IMG/VR virus record: IMGVR_UViG_3300042545_001275
Span: 1 to 64,000 of that record
Strand: one strand, 5' to 3'
Source of the DNA: an uncultured virus (IMG/VR IMGVR_UViG_3300042545_001275)
Lineage: Duplodnaviria > Heunggongvirae > Uroviricota > Caudoviricetes
DNA: 64,000 bases
Shown piece after piece: positions 1 through 10,677 of the stretch (position 1 is the stretch's first letter; each line of letters begins with the position of its first letter). The position numbers and the translations under genes were made by a program. The notes under the pieces were generated by a model. The model saw nothing but the letters and a program-made list of their open reading frames with translations. It made no database searches and was not told where the DNA came from.

Positions 1-125
1 TTCTTTGTTTAACTTCTTCATATCTTTCTTTTGATTGATTGTATGCAAGTGCAAGGTTTAATTTTTGTATTGTTTTTGGATTACACGGAAATGTTTTACC
101 ACGAAAGGTATATAGTTTTTCTTCT

Positions 126-848
126 TCAGCTTTCATACCATCTATCTATTTTTTCTCTGTATTCTTTAATTAAAATTCTAATGTTGCTTAGAGCATGACC
201 AAGATCATTTTCATCCATAATAGTCTCAGCAAGTTTACACTCACGATCAATATTGTCAATAAGCTTTTGTTCAACTGTTGGATATTTTTTACGATTCTCT
301 CTGAACTGCACTTCCATTTCTTTGCGTTGAGCTGCGACCTTTGCTTTACTTTCTGCAAGTTCTTCATCGGTTAATTTTTGCGGCTCTTCATGTTTAACTA
401 ACTCGATATCACCAATTAACTTACCATCTTTAAAAAGTGCAGAATATTCTATCCATCCACGGACGAACCTCATCCACTCATCGCTATTTCCAGCATGATC
501 ATCGAGTTCATGATATTCTGGATGACTATAGCTTTCATAGAAGTGAATGTTTCCGCTAAAACATTCTTTCTCATACCACTCTGCTTCGACTACAAAGTGA
601 CCCATCGCAGCTATCTTTTCACTAAACGGTGCATCGTCTGAAACCTTTTCGCCCTCTTCCCAACGACCTTCAACCTGCTTAAACCATAATTGGCCATTCC
701 CATCAATCCTGTAAGTTGACATTGCTTGGTTTGGTGTGTCTTTTGTTTGAAAGGCAATATCACTCACTTTATCTCCCCAAAGAGAGATAACTGCATCTGG
801 CAACTCTGGTAGAGTTGTTCCTACTCTTATATAATCGTACATTCCCAT
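126..848 (-). CDS. hypothetical phage protein (MGMYDYI-type N-terminus)
   Basis: Track ORF 126..926; ATG at 848 (MGMYDYIRV) is the more plausible start because the upstream extension runs through a hairpin-rich intergenic region. Confidence 0.6.
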   Translation of the reverse strand: MGMYDYIRVGTTLPELPDAVISLWGDKVSDIAFQTKDTPNQAMSTYRIDGNGQLWFKQVEGRWEEGEKVSDDAPFSEKIAAMGHFVVEAEWYEKECFSGNIHFYESYSHPEYHELDDHAGNSDEWMRFVRGWIEYSALFKDGKLIGDIELVKHEEPQKLTDEELAESKAKVAAQRKEMEVQFRENRKKYPTVEQKLIDNIDRECKLAETIMDENDLGHALSNIRILIKEYREKIDRWYES

Positions 849-1073
849 AATTTTTATTTTGTTAGTGATTGCGCTACAATTAAGCCTAAGTTGGATATAG
901 CATATCCTCCCCACACTACTGCCCATGCATAATTTTGTTTATATGCATGAGCAATGCATACACAAGTATATAGTATAAAAGCTAAAAATACAACTATATT
1001 TTCAAATGTTAACTGCATATATGTTTAAATTGTGTGTTATAAGTCAAGTTCTGCTTGACCTGTTGTGCATATC

Positions 1074-2084
1074 TTAATCTAGTTTTTTATTAGTGAATTT
1101 TTTCTTATAAAACTCAACAGTTTCTTTTAAAGCATCGTCAAATTTTTTAAATTCTGATTTGTATGTCATTTTTTCTGATGCTATTGCGTATCTAAAATCA
1201 TGTCCTTTACGATCTTCGACAAATTCAATTGCATCTTCAATCTTTTTATCACCGTTGTACAATATGTCAAGAATTTTTTTAATCAAATCTAAATTTGAAT
1301 ATTCAAAAGCTTCTGGAGAAGATACATTGTATACTTGACCAGACTCTCCTCGTTCGGCAATTTCAAGGATACACTTGTTGTGATCTTCAACAAAAATCCA
1401 CTCTCTTACATTTTCGCCTTTCCCATAAACTGGTATTTTTTTATCGTTTAATAAACTTTTAAGAATTGTTGGAATGAATTTTTCGTCATGTTGATTAGGA
1501 CCAAAATTGTTACAGCATCTTGTAACAAGAATATCCATACCGAATGTTTGGTTAAATGCCAATGCTAGTAAATCAGATGCAGCTTTTGATGCTGAATACG
1601 GACTTCTTGGATTTAATGGTGTGCTTTCTAAAAATACTCCCTCGTTTGCTGGCAATTGTCCATATACTTCATCAGTCGAAATACAAATAATTCTAGCATC
1701 GGGATTATTAGTTTTCATGAATTCTAATAATTTAGAAGTTCCCACAACATTACTAGTTATAAAACTAGTGGGATCATTTATTGATCTATCTACATGAGAT
1801 TCTGCTGCAAAATGAAAAACATAATCAAATTTTGTTTTGTTTAAAATTCCATTATAAAAGAAACTTTTATTACAATCTAGCTCACATATATCCATATGGA
1901 TTTCTCTGTAATTATTATATTTTGAAAGTACCGAACCTGTTAATTTTCTGTGACCAATTCCCCATTTATCAATATTAAATATATCAACTTTTTTATAATT
2001 ATCATTAATATATTCTATAAAATTGCTTCCAATAAAGCCACATCCTCCTGTAATTAGAACCGATTTTCCATTTAAATCAATCAT
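1074..2084 (-). CDS. rmlB: dTDP-glucose 4,6-dehydratase
   Basis: ITGGCGFIGSNF, HFAAESHVDRSI, STDEVYG, PYSASKA, TRCCNNFGP, DRKGHDFRYA motifs. Confidence 0.95.
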   Translation of the reverse strand: MIDLNGKSVLITGGCGFIGSNFIEYINDNYKKVDIFNIDKWGIGHRKLTGSVLSKYNNYREIHMDICELDCNKSFFYNGILNKTKFDYVFHFAAESHVDRSINDPTSFITSNVVGTSKLLEFMKTNNPDARIICISTDEVYGQLPANEGVFLESTPLNPRSPYSASKAASDLLALAFNQTFGMDILVTRCCNNFGPNQHDEKFIPTILKSLLNDKKIPVYGKGENVREWIFVEDHNKCILEIAERGESGQVYNVSSPEAFEYSNLDLIKKILDILYNGDKKIEDAIEFVEDRKGHDFRYAIASEKMTYKSEFKKFDDALKETVEFYKKKFTNKKLD

Positions 2085-2090
2085 AAGAAT

Positions 2091-2118
2091 AATTTACCAC
2101 CCTATTGCAAATTGTCAA
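2091..2118 (-). promoter_or_regulatory. putative sigma70-type promoter for rmlB
   Basis: Minus strand TTGACA-N16-TAAATT with TG extension, 6 nt before the rmlB ATG. Confidence 0.35.
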
Positions 2119-2146
2119 TCTCGTTGTAATTAAATTAAATAATTTT

Positions 2147-2620
2147 ATGGAATATCAAGATGACAGTTTAGATGAAGTCGCTGATAGCATTATAGACCAA
2201 CTTAAAAATCAGGGTCAAAATTTAAAAAATATTGAAAAAGATTATCCAGAACTTTCTCCAGAAGATGTCGATTCTTTTATTTTAAAATATGGATCAAAGG
2301 CTGTTATTGATCTTGCTGATGTACTGAAAGAGCAAGCGGATCTTGTAAAACAAACAGGAGACGAAAAACAAGTACTGGCATTGGCTGAATTGGCAAAATC
2401 ATTTCAAGGAAATTTAGAAGTATTACAAAAGAGAAGCATTGCAAATAATAAAAATGACACTGCTGTAAAAATAAAACAAATGGATATTGATAGTAAAAAA
2501 GAGTCTCAAGAACATGAAGAGATGACTCGTTTAACTATGAGCAGAGAAGAACTTTTTAAAATTATGATTCAACAAACAGCAGATGTTCAAAAAGAAAATA
2601 ATAAAGTTATAGATATATAA
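2147..2620 (+). CDS. hypothetical helical protein (small terminase-like size and composition, unproven)
   Basis: Track ORF from 2105; ATG at 2147 lies 5 nt after TAAATA (2136-2141). Confidence 0.55.
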   Translation: MEYQDDSLDEVADSIIDQLKNQGQNLKNIEKDYPELSPEDVDSFILKYGSKAVIDLADVLKEQADLVKQTGDEKQVLALAELAKSFQGNLEVLQKRSIANNKNDTAVKIKQMDIDSKKESQEHEEMTRLTMSREELFKIMIQQTADVQKENNKVIDI

Positions 2621-3541
2621 TTATTTTTTTATTCCCAGTTGACCAACGTTAGTACTCAATTCATACTCGACATTTTTAGTTTCGGTTTCAATTTTCAAGC
2701 TGCTTTTTCTTCTTTCAAAAGAATCATAAATATCACCCATTAAATCAGTTTCAACTTCTTCTCCGTTTATATCTACAACAACTCTAGAGTTTGATGATTT
2801 TGATGTGTTTTTAGATGAGTCGAATGAATTGTATGTTTTCTTATCATAAAATATTCTATAATTTTCATCTTCTAAATATGTTTTAACTTTTGAAAAAATA
2901 TCAGAACTTATCTGTGTCAATACATTATAAAAAAATCTATCACGAACACAATAAGTGCCATATGCTTGACTTTGCCAAGATCCTGAATCTTCAGTGTCTA
3001 TTCTATCTTGAGGTTTTTTATCTATCAACGGCAATGTATTATCAATACAAGAAGTTGGTATCATACCACTTCTAAAAACATTTTCTGTTATTGTACTTCC
3101 TTCAATGGATATATCTTGTAAAAATTTTGGAATTTTATTATACACATCGACAGTTTGTCCAATCGGAGCTGATGAATTTGGAACTATGCTAACATTAGAA
3201 TTCGTCACTTCTATATTTCCACATCTTCCCATTATATCTGGTATGTTTTTAAAATATTTTTTATTTTTTGATAATTCTCTGGTATATTGACCCAATGGTC
3301 CTCCCAACAATTGATTTACATAATAACGAACGGTGAATATATCTAATTGAGAACCTTCAGAATCTAGCTTGTTTATAAATTTTTCAAGTTGATTAAGTCC
3401 TAATTCATAAACTTTTTTAAATTCTTCCATGAATTCTCTATCTTTGGAAGTAAACTCTGGAAATTCATTAAGATTCTTGATGTTTTCAAGATCTTCTTTT
3501 GTGAACTCTATAGCTCTTAATATTTCAACTTTATTTCGCAT
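2621..3541 (-). CDS. hypothetical protein at end of baseplate operon
   Basis: 306-aa ORF co-oriented with the upstream baseplate genes. Confidence 0.6.
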   Translation of the reverse strand: MRNKVEILRAIEFTKEDLENIKNLNEFPEFTSKDREFMEEFKKVYELGLNQLEKFINKLDSEGSQLDIFTVRYYVNQLLGGPLGQYTRELSKNKKYFKNIPDIMGRCGNIEVTNSNVSIVPNSSAPIGQTVDVYNKIPKFLQDISIEGSTITENVFRSGMIPTSCIDNTLPLIDKKPQDRIDTEDSGSWQSQAYGTYCVRDRFFYNVLTQISSDIFSKVKTYLEDENYRIFYDKKTYNSFDSSKNTSKSSNSRVVVDINGEEVETDLMGDIYDSFERRKSSLKIETETKNVEYELSTNVGQLGIKK

Positions 3542-3553
3542 TGTGTTTATTTG

Positions 3554-4867
3554 TTATTCAGCATCATCGCTAACATTACTAGTTGGACCTATATATGTTT
3601 TTGTACAAAAAAATTGATTTCTATATAAATCAGCATAAAATATATGTTGAATTTCTGTTACCAACCATCTACCAAGTAATTTTTCATCACTTTTCCATTG
3701 TTCTTTTTTTGTTTTATATATATCTATGAATTTACCACTTTGTCTAAATGTATCTCCCAAATTGACAAATGTCGCTTGTAAATTATAAAATATCAAAGCG
3801 GCATTCATTTCAGCTTCAATTATCTTAACACTATCTTCAATTTGAAAAGGCATTCTATAATGCTTAAATTTCTCTGGTAATGTATTATTGAATACTAAAC
3901 AGGGTTTTGGCTTACCACCTATTGAACTGAAAACATCAACAAACTTTTTCTTCCACTTGTCTTTTAATTTTTTAATATCTATTTTTTTAATTTTAGTTTC
4001 TCCCAAAATAGGATCATAACCATGCACTATTCTATTTACAAAAAAATTATTTGTAATATCATGAGATGGTGTTGAATATCCTATATTTCTACTACCCCCA
4101 ATGTATGTTCCAGTCTCAGCGTCTGCAGGAGGGTTGTTTGGATTACTTGGATCAAATTCGCTGGTTAAATCTCCAATCGCAAAAGCATCCATTAAATTTT
4201 CTTTCTTTTTATTATCTTCAAACAATTTTGAAATTAATTGAAGATTGAATTTTTCTTTAGAATGATCCCATTGCAAAAATGCCTTTACATAAATATCATC
4301 CGCCTTTGCATAAAAAACTCGCAACAAATAATATACAAGATCTATATACCTCCAATTTAAAGGTGGTATGTATGATAATTCAAAATCTCCAGATTCCCAA
4401 TCACCAATTTTATCTTCTCCTAAAAGTTCTTTAAAAATATCTTTTAAAATATCTCCAACTTTACCTGAAAATGTTTTTGCGTATGGTATTTTTTCTAAAA
4501 ATGGTAATACTTTAGCATCAACTAAATTGAAAGTTTTAATATTTTCTAATCTATTGTCGGGATATCCAGCATTATCATCGCTGGTTATACAAAATGTGTT
4601 TTCATATTTTTCTTTTTTACCATCTTTGGCTTTGAACATTATTTTAAATTTGTCTCTGCCATCTCCTCTTATAAAATATTTATTTTCTACAAAATCATAA
4701 GGGTTAGCAATTGATATTGTACCAGATTCAAACGGTTCGAATATATTATCAACCAATGTCATTCCTCTAACAGCAGATTTCGTGAATTTAACTTCTTGAC
4801 CATCCGAATTGGTCAATTTAAATTCACACTCAAATTCAGCATCGTTGATTTTAAAAATGTCAGCCAT
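3554..4867 (-). CDS. putative baseplate hub protein (gp27-like)
   Basis: 437 aa, follows gp53-like gene; hub-like N-terminus (ENIFEPFESGTISI-type) and C-terminal G..FRQSGKFIDI...LLGRWLVTEIQHIF. Confidence 0.55.
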   Translation of the reverse strand: MADIFKINDAEFECEFKLTNSDGQEVKFTKSAVRGMTLVDNIFEPFESGTISIANPYDFVENKYFIRGDGRDKFKIMFKAKDGKKEKYENTFCITSDDNAGYPDNRLENIKTFNLVDAKVLPFLEKIPYAKTFSGKVGDILKDIFKELLGEDKIGDWESGDFELSYIPPLNWRYIDLVYYLLRVFYAKADDIYVKAFLQWDHSKEKFNLQLISKLFEDNKKKENLMDAFAIGDLTSEFDPSNPNNPPADAETGTYIGGSRNIGYSTPSHDITNNFFVNRIVHGYDPILGETKIKKIDIKKLKDKWKKKFVDVFSSIGGKPKPCLVFNNTLPEKFKHYRMPFQIEDSVKIIEAEMNAALIFYNLQATFVNLGDTFRQSGKFIDIYKTKKEQWKSDEKLLGRWLVTEIQHIFYADLYRNQFFCTKTYIGPTSNVSDDAE

Positions 4868-5265
4868 TAATAATGTCTCCCTCCGAAAATTGTAGAGTTA
4901 GTGATATCAACATATATGGAAGTTTTATATACAATTGGTATGTATGATATTTCCGTTCCTCCATTCACATAAAATGGTGCGCCATCGAATTTATCTTTAT
5001 TAAGTAAATATATTATCCACCAACTTTTAATATCTCCATAAATTCTATATGATAGTGTTGTTAGTGGTGTTCTAGCTTGTACATTATAAAATTCTAAAAA
5101 TTGGTTTCCTAATGTTGGAAATTCTATCTTTTTAAGAATATTATATGTATAAAATTCTTTATCATCTATAGATTGTTTGAATATTTTAAATATTCTTTCA
5201 TAATCTTCGACGTTTAATGCGCTCAAAGATGTAATCTCATTTTGATATTGACCAGCGTCCACCAT
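4867..5265 (-). CDS. baseplate wedge protein gp53-like (LysM-like)
   Basis: PLTTLSYRIYGDIKSWWIIYLLN motif; synteny. Confidence 0.75.
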   Translation of the reverse strand: MVDAGQYQNEITSLSALNVEDYERIFKIFKQSIDDKEFYTYNILKKIEFPTLGNQFLEFYNVQARTPLTTLSYRIYGDIKSWWIIYLLNKDKFDGAPFYVNGGTEISYIPIVYKTSIYVDITNSTIFGGRHY

Positions 5266-5266
5266 A

Positions 5267-6112
5267 TTATTTTACCTTTTCCATAAAGTTTGATGGTTCT
5301 GCTGTCAATGGTTGAAGTCCCATGTTTATTTCATATGCTTCTGGCATGATAACTCCGTTGACCATTCTTTTAGTTCCTAATAAACGAACGCTGAATGAAC
5401 TACAGTAAGCCCACGGCATATAACGATATCCATACAATTTAGCTTTAAAAATTCTAGGAGGGTCCATTGATATGGCATCGTTTCTTTTAGGTCTGTTAAT
5501 TTCAATTAATTTTTTAACCAATTCGTAATTTTTATTAAAATCAGAATTTAAAGTATTTGATAAAATAAAAGAAATATCCATCGCTCCTTCATTTGCAGAA
5601 GAATAATCATACATTTTAGGAGTTTCTATGTATGATCCAGGACTTCCTCCAGATTTCAATGCATCTCCTAATGCATTTCTAGCACCTTTAATATCTTCAC
5701 TTGCAATTTTATTTCCAATATTTGTCATAACCTCATCTCCAAGAGCTGATCTTGCTTGAGCTACGCCTCCTATATATTTTTGAGCGATGACATCAGCAGC
5801 TGATCCTATGCCACCGCTTCCTCCAAACCCATCTTGGAATGTATCTCCAAATTGATTATTGAAACTTCTAGCTTGATCACTGAAATATGGAAAATAAAAA
5901 TCGTCTTCTAATTTTGCAGATTTGTATAAGTCATTATAAAATTGTTCTGCTGATTTGTTGGCTACTTCTAAATAAGAAGTTAATCTATCTATAACTTGAT
6001 TTGATACAATTCTATATGAACGCAATACCACTTTAGGAGCATCGTTTCTTAAAGCAGCTCCTCTTGGTACACTCGTCCAATCATAATCTTTTACAACATT
6101 GTATTTACCCAC
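5267..6112 (-). CDS. baseplate tail-tube cap/junction protein (gp48-like)
   Basis: C-terminal PPRIF...CSSFSV...MPEAYEINMGL tube-fold pattern; GTG at 6112 is 5 nt after TAAATA (track start 6127). Confidence 0.55.
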   Translation of the reverse strand: MGKYNVVKDYDWTSVPRGAALRNDAPKVVLRSYRIVSNQVIDRLTSYLEVANKSAEQFYNDLYKSAKLEDDFYFPYFSDQARSFNNQFGDTFQDGFGGSGGIGSAADVIAQKYIGGVAQARSALGDEVMTNIGNKIASEDIKGARNALGDALKSGGSPGSYIETPKMYDYSSANEGAMDISFILSNTLNSDFNKNYELVKKLIEINRPKRNDAISMDPPRIFKAKLYGYRYMPWAYCSSFSVRLLGTKRMVNGVIMPEAYEINMGLQPLTAEPSNFMEKVK

Positions 6113-6123
6113 AATATTATTTA

Positions 6124-8550
6124 TCAACCAAGAGCATATACACTCCCAGCATATCCCATTCTATTATCACTTAATGATATTCTATTTTTACCACCATCTG
6201 ACATCATAGGGATTGGTTGAGGAATAACAGATGCGCTACCACTTGAGCCATTCATTCTTTTCATTTCTTTAAGTGTCAAATTACCGATATTGACAAGCGC
6301 TTCTAAATATTTACATTGATTTAAACTAGCATGTTCAATAATTTGAGCAACACTTATAGCTTCATTGTTTTTAAATTCTGCTTGGTCATTTTTAGAATTT
6401 AGACCTTTTTCATTATTTGTTAATGTTTCATATTTATTATTTGGAATTTCACCAGCTAAATTAATAATATCTTCAGAAAGTTTAACAAAGGCGTTAAGCA
6501 TAACAGATTTAATATCGGGAATGATTCCTGAAAATATATCTTTTAAACTTTCTAAGTATGAAGAAAAAGAATCTGAAACTATTGGTTTTGCTGCATTAAA
6601 AACATCAACTATAATTGAACCAATACCCTTTAATGATTCTGATATTGTTGGTTTTGCTGCATTAAAAACATCAACTATAATTGAACCAATACCCTTTAAT
6701 GATTCTGATATTGTTGGTTTTGCTGCATTAAAAACATCAACTATAATTGAACCAACGCCTTGCAATGCTTCTGATATTTTTGGTGATATTTTATCGAATG
6801 CGCTTGATAACATATTATATAAATTATCAACTCCCACAATCAGTGCTGATTCTATTTTTGGTAAAATTAAACTTATTTGGTTTGAAAATTTATCAAATAT
6901 ATCACTTGTAAATTTTTCAAGTTCTGGAAGTATTTCGGAAAACTTTTTAAATGCTGCATCAAATGCGTTTTTACCTAATGTTTTCAAAGAAGAAAACATA
7001 TCACTTGCAAGACTTCCAAGACTTTCAAGACCAGAACCTATAGAATCTGCCATTTTAGAAAAGAATCCTTTGCTTTCCTCTTCTGGTATATTACCATTTT
7101 TATTTTTGGATGTTGGTTTAGGTGCGGAGACCGTTGCATTATCTCCAGTTTCTGCTCCAGTTTCATCCAATATACCAAACCATTCTAGAGGTTTTCTCAA
7201 GAACGCTGGCAATTTGTGTAATTTGCCTTTTATCCAATTCTTCAATCTATCTTTCCAACTTCCATCAGGAGATAATGATTTTTCATCTTCAGTTTCTCCT
7301 CCAAGTAACCAACCAGCCAACATGTTAAAACCATTTACTAAAGGACCACCTCCAACAAAAGCAAGAACACCCTCTCCTAAAAGTTTAAATCCTTCTCCAA
7401 TATTTCCACTTGTGAATGCATCCCACGCCATTCCAAATCTTTTTATGCCGCCCACAATAGGCAAGCTCATAGCATTATCAGATATGTATGTTCCAATTTG
7501 AGATATCCATCCTTTGATAGTTCCCATAACTCCACCTTCATTTATTTGGGCTTGTTGTTCTTCTTTGCTTGCAGATAAAAATGAAGACAACCATTCATAT
7601 CCTTTTATTAAAAACCCACCCCCTGGTACAATGGATATTAATCCATAAACAGTCTGTTTTAATCCTTCGCTCCAATTACCAGATCCAAAAGCATCCCAAG
7701 CCATCCCAAAGCGTTTAAGTGATCCAACTATAGGTATATATAATGCATTATCCCATATCCATTTACCCATATTAGATGCCCAGCCCTTGATTGTTCCCAG
7801 AGCATTAGCATTGCTTAATGCGCCTCCTTCGGCAAATGTTCCTTGGGATTCTAAAAATGCTTTTAATACATCAACACCTATTGATAATATAGGACCAACA
7901 AATGGAACAAAATTAGCCAATCCGCTCACTATTTCAAGCAATCCTGGAATTATTCTACCAGCCTTAAATTCTTTATAAGCAAAAAACAAACTAATTAATC
8001 CTCCAACATATGGAATTCTTTTTAAAGCTGTTAATGCAAATCTTTTCAAAAAGGTTACGCCTAATAATTTCAATCCGCCTATTAATCCAACCTTGCCTAA
8101 AACCTTCATTGCATCACCAGCAAATCCCACTTTTTCAAACAATGACGCTATTAAGGTAGGTATAGCTGCTCCAATTAATGCAACTCCACCGACAAGAGGT
8201 AATAAAAAGTCCAATAAATTAAAACCTTTTTTCTTATCTGGTGATACTGCAGTTTCTTTGGGTTTGTTTTGTCTTTCTAGTTTAGAAATTAATGTTTGTT
8301 GAGTTGTGTCTTCTTTTTGCTTTTTTTGATAAGCAAAAAAAGATTCATTAAACAATGAAAATACTTCTTTTAGTTTTTTCTTATCAGATCCTGATAAAGA
8401 AGAATCTTCTCTTTTTTTACCAAGAGAAGAGTTATTAATATTATTATCTATTAAATTTTGTTGAGTATTGGGTACGCCTTTTTCTTCTTGAATTTTTTCA
8501 AGATTGTTTAAGATTCGACCTATTGTTACTATGATATCACCTAGCTCCAC
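6124..8550 (-). CDS. tape measure-like protein (gp29-like)
   Basis: About 808 aa, Gly/Ala/hydrophobic helical repeats, located between gp26-like and gp48-like genes; GTG at 8550 is 5 nt after TAAATA (track start 8568). Confidence 0.65.
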   Translation of the reverse strand: MELGDIIVTIGRILNNLEKIQEEKGVPNTQQNLIDNNINNSSLGKKREDSSLSGSDKKKLKEVFSLFNESFFAYQKKQKEDTTQQTLISKLERQNKPKETAVSPDKKKGFNLLDFLLPLVGGVALIGAAIPTLIASLFEKVGFAGDAMKVLGKVGLIGGLKLLGVTFLKRFALTALKRIPYVGGLISLFFAYKEFKAGRIIPGLLEIVSGLANFVPFVGPILSIGVDVLKAFLESQGTFAEGGALSNANALGTIKGWASNMGKWIWDNALYIPIVGSLKRFGMAWDAFGSGNWSEGLKQTVYGLISIVPGGGFLIKGYEWLSSFLSASKEEQQAQINEGGVMGTIKGWISQIGTYISDNAMSLPIVGGIKRFGMAWDAFTSGNIGEGFKLLGEGVLAFVGGGPLVNGFNMLAGWLLGGETEDEKSLSPDGSWKDRLKNWIKGKLHKLPAFLRKPLEWFGILDETGAETGDNATVSAPKPTSKNKNGNIPEEESKGFFSKMADSIGSGLESLGSLASDMFSSLKTLGKNAFDAAFKKFSEILPELEKFTSDIFDKFSNQISLILPKIESALIVGVDNLYNMLSSAFDKISPKISEALQGVGSIIVDVFNAAKPTISESLKGIGSIIVDVFNAAKPTISESLKGIGSIIVDVFNAAKPIVSDSFSSYLESLKDIFSGIIPDIKSVMLNAFVKLSEDIINLAGEIPNNKYETLTNNEKGLNSKNDQAEFKNNEAISVAQIIEHASLNQCKYLEALVNIGNLTLKEMKRMNGSSGSASVIPQPIPMMSDGGKNRISLSDNRMGYAGSVYALG
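6582..6755. repeat. 66-bp tandem repeat (about 2.6 copies) in tape measure gene
   Basis: Units start at 6582, 6648, 6714; encode PTISESLKGIGSIIVDVFNAAK. Confidence 0.9.
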
Positions 8551-8564
8551 ATAATTATTTAGGA

Positions 8565-9302
8565 TCAAGCATCAAAGAATGCGACATCAATATCAATTTG
8601 GTGAACTTCTCCATCAATTTCAACTTTAAGAACTTCAACTTCTTTTTGCTTTATATCTTGTATAAATTCAATAATTTGTTTGTTTATAGATAAAGGAAGA
8701 TTGTTTACAATTTTGATACGATCTCTTACTGAAATTTCAGAAAATTGAACAGTATCTTCTCCAACGGTGAGTGATTTTATATATTTTACAAGTTCATATG
8801 TATATATTTCGCTCAAACTCTTACCGACATCTTTATCAGCTTCTTTTTTAAGAACATCAACACATGTCGAAATGACTTGATTTTCTGCTGTTAATGTCGG
8901 TACTTCTAAATCTATTTCAATACCTCCTGTAATTTTCTTGTTTAATGTATGTTTAATTTTTTTCAATTGCTCGACTACACCATTAAGCACATCGTATTGT
9001 TTATTTGAAATTTTTATAAAACTTCCCATACTATCAATTCTTAATTGAATTACAATTAATAATTTATCTATAATTTTTAAATCTTTATTATTGGTATTTT
9101 CAATAATAATATCATTTAGATTTTTTTGGAATTTTAATGGACCTACGATACCATCAGTTATTGTTGATATAATGTCTTTTTGTTGTTTGAATGTTAAAGA
9201 TTCAGAATCTATTTTTTTACCAGTTGATAAAACATCAACTTTTATTTTATCATCTTTTAATTGTTCGATTTTATCAAGGAAGTTTTTTACATTATCGTCC
9301 AT
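8565..9302 (-). CDS. baseplate hub assembly protein (gp26-like)
   Basis: LTFKQQKDII...LKIIDKLLIVIQLRIDSMG pattern, C-terminal FF, synteny. Confidence 0.65.
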   Translation of the reverse strand: MDDNVKNFLDKIEQLKDDKIKVDVLSTGKKIDSESLTFKQQKDIISTITDGIVGPLKFQKNLNDIIIENTNNKDLKIIDKLLIVIQLRIDSMGSFIKISNKQYDVLNGVVEQLKKIKHTLNKKITGGIEIDLEVPTLTAENQVISTCVDVLKKEADKDVGKSLSEIYTYELVKYIKSLTVGEDTVQFSEISVRDRIKIVNNLPLSINKQIIEFIQDIKQKEVEVLKVEIDGEVHQIDIDVAFFDA

Positions 9303-9323
9303 TCTTCTATTTACAAAATTGTA

Positions 9324-10049
9324 TTAAAAATCAAGCGATGGTAAGTTTTTTTGTTGAGATTCTATTTCATCACTATATTTCTTTATATAAAAATTTACAT
9401 CTTTTACATCAGAATTCATTAAAATATCAGCACTTATTCTTTTAGATATAAAAAATATAACATCTTGAAAATATTCTTTTGAATAATTTCCAAAAAGACT
9501 TTTTAAAAATAAAAATGGGTCGTTTGTATAAAAATTCAATTTAATATTTTCCAAAGCTTTATTTTCAAGTTTAAAAATTTTTGTTTTATCTTTTGATAAA
9601 ATGTCTATCAAATTTGAAAATATTTTAGCTGGTAATTTATCAATAACCATTTTTTTATCATAAAAACTTAAATCTGATAAATTTAATGATACATTAGAAA
9701 TGTTGATATTTTTTATAAGATTATATATCGGCATATTACCACCATCATATACAAAAGTGTTAGCTAATTGCAATTCGCAATTAAAATCATCATTTTCAAA
9801 ATATAAACCGCTTTCTATTTCATCAGATAATTCATTTAATAAATAAGATATTTGAAGATTTAGTTGTTTTCCATTGGGATTGAAAGTTAATGTATCATTC
9901 ACATGATATTCCCAAAATTTCAATATGGTTTTGAATTTTTGATATACATTATCTCCTTCAAATTCATTAAAAAAATCACAAAGTTTTTGATTTTGATTTG
10001 TATCTATAATTTCTGCGACTTCTTTTAATTTTAAAAAAGTTAGTCTCAT
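9324..10049 (-). CDS. putative baseplate hub assembly protein (gp26/gp51-like)
   Basis: 241 aa between tube genes and gp26-like gene; weak resemblance only. Confidence 0.4.
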   Translation of the reverse strand: MRLTFLKLKEVAEIIDTNQNQKLCDFFNEFEGDNVYQKFKTILKFWEYHVNDTLTFNPNGKQLNLQISYLLNELSDEIESGLYFENDDFNCELQLANTFVYDGGNMPIYNLIKNINISNVSLNLSDLSFYDKKMVIDKLPAKIFSNLIDILSKDKTKIFKLENKALENIKLNFYTNDPFLFLKSLFGNYSKEYFQDVIFFISKRISADILMNSDVKDVNFYIKKYSDEIESQQKNLPSLDF

Positions 10050-10059
10050 ATTATATTAA

Positions 10060-10656
10060 TTATAACTGTTCGTAATTTTGACAAGCAAATGTTATAGATT
10101 TTATTTTAAAATCGGTATTTTCGTAATTTAAAGTAAATCCTTCAACCGCTGTCGGAAATGCTTTTTTAAATCTAAATCCTTTTCTAAATTGACCTTTGTT
10201 TGTATATTGTTTAATTTCAACTGTTCCTTTTAAACTAGAACCAGTTTCAACCAATCCTTTGATGCCCAATGCTATCATCCAAGGTCTGAAATAATTATGT
10301 TCTAAATCTTGATTGGTTTCTAATATATTAATAGTAACATTTCTGCTTAAAAAATCACTTCTAGCTTCTAAACCATAACCAGGTAAAAAACCTCCAGTAT
10401 TGCCCATGCTCATAGGCGTAAATGAAGATGCCTCGTTTGGTAATTGAACTTCTTGAGCTACCAACAAATTACCATTTTTAATCATATCTCTAGGAGACAT
10501 TTTAGCTTGCCATTTTTCACCAGCTCGTGATAATACTGAATTTATAGATCCTGTACCTACACCATCAACAGTAACTGTCCAAAAAACAGGGAGACTAAGG
10601 CAAAACTTAGACTCCCTGCTAAAAGCATTTAAAAAATCATTTATCTGTACGCCCAT
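10060..10656 (-). CDS. tail tube-like protein (gp54/gp19 family)
   Basis: FRPW...FKKAFPTAVEGFTLNY...ITFA tube-fold motif. Confidence 0.7.
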   Translation of the reverse strand: MGVQINDFLNAFSRESKFCLSLPVFWTVTVDGVGTGSINSVLSRAGEKWQAKMSPRDMIKNGNLLVAQEVQLPNEASSFTPMSMGNTGGFLPGYGLEARSDFLSRNVTINILETNQDLEHNYFRPWMIALGIKGLVETGSSLKGTVEIKQYTNKGQFRKGFRFKKAFPTAVEGFTLNYENTDFKIKSITFACQNYEQL

Positions 10657-10677
10657 AGATATATTTAGGCGAATGGA

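Noticed and set aside
2147..2620. Firm call as small terminase subunit
   Set aside because: Size and helical character fit but no diagnostic motif recognised, and it is not adjacent to terL.
6365..7501. 378-aa plus-strand ORF
   Set aside because: Antisense shadow of the tape measure gene; no recognisable motif.
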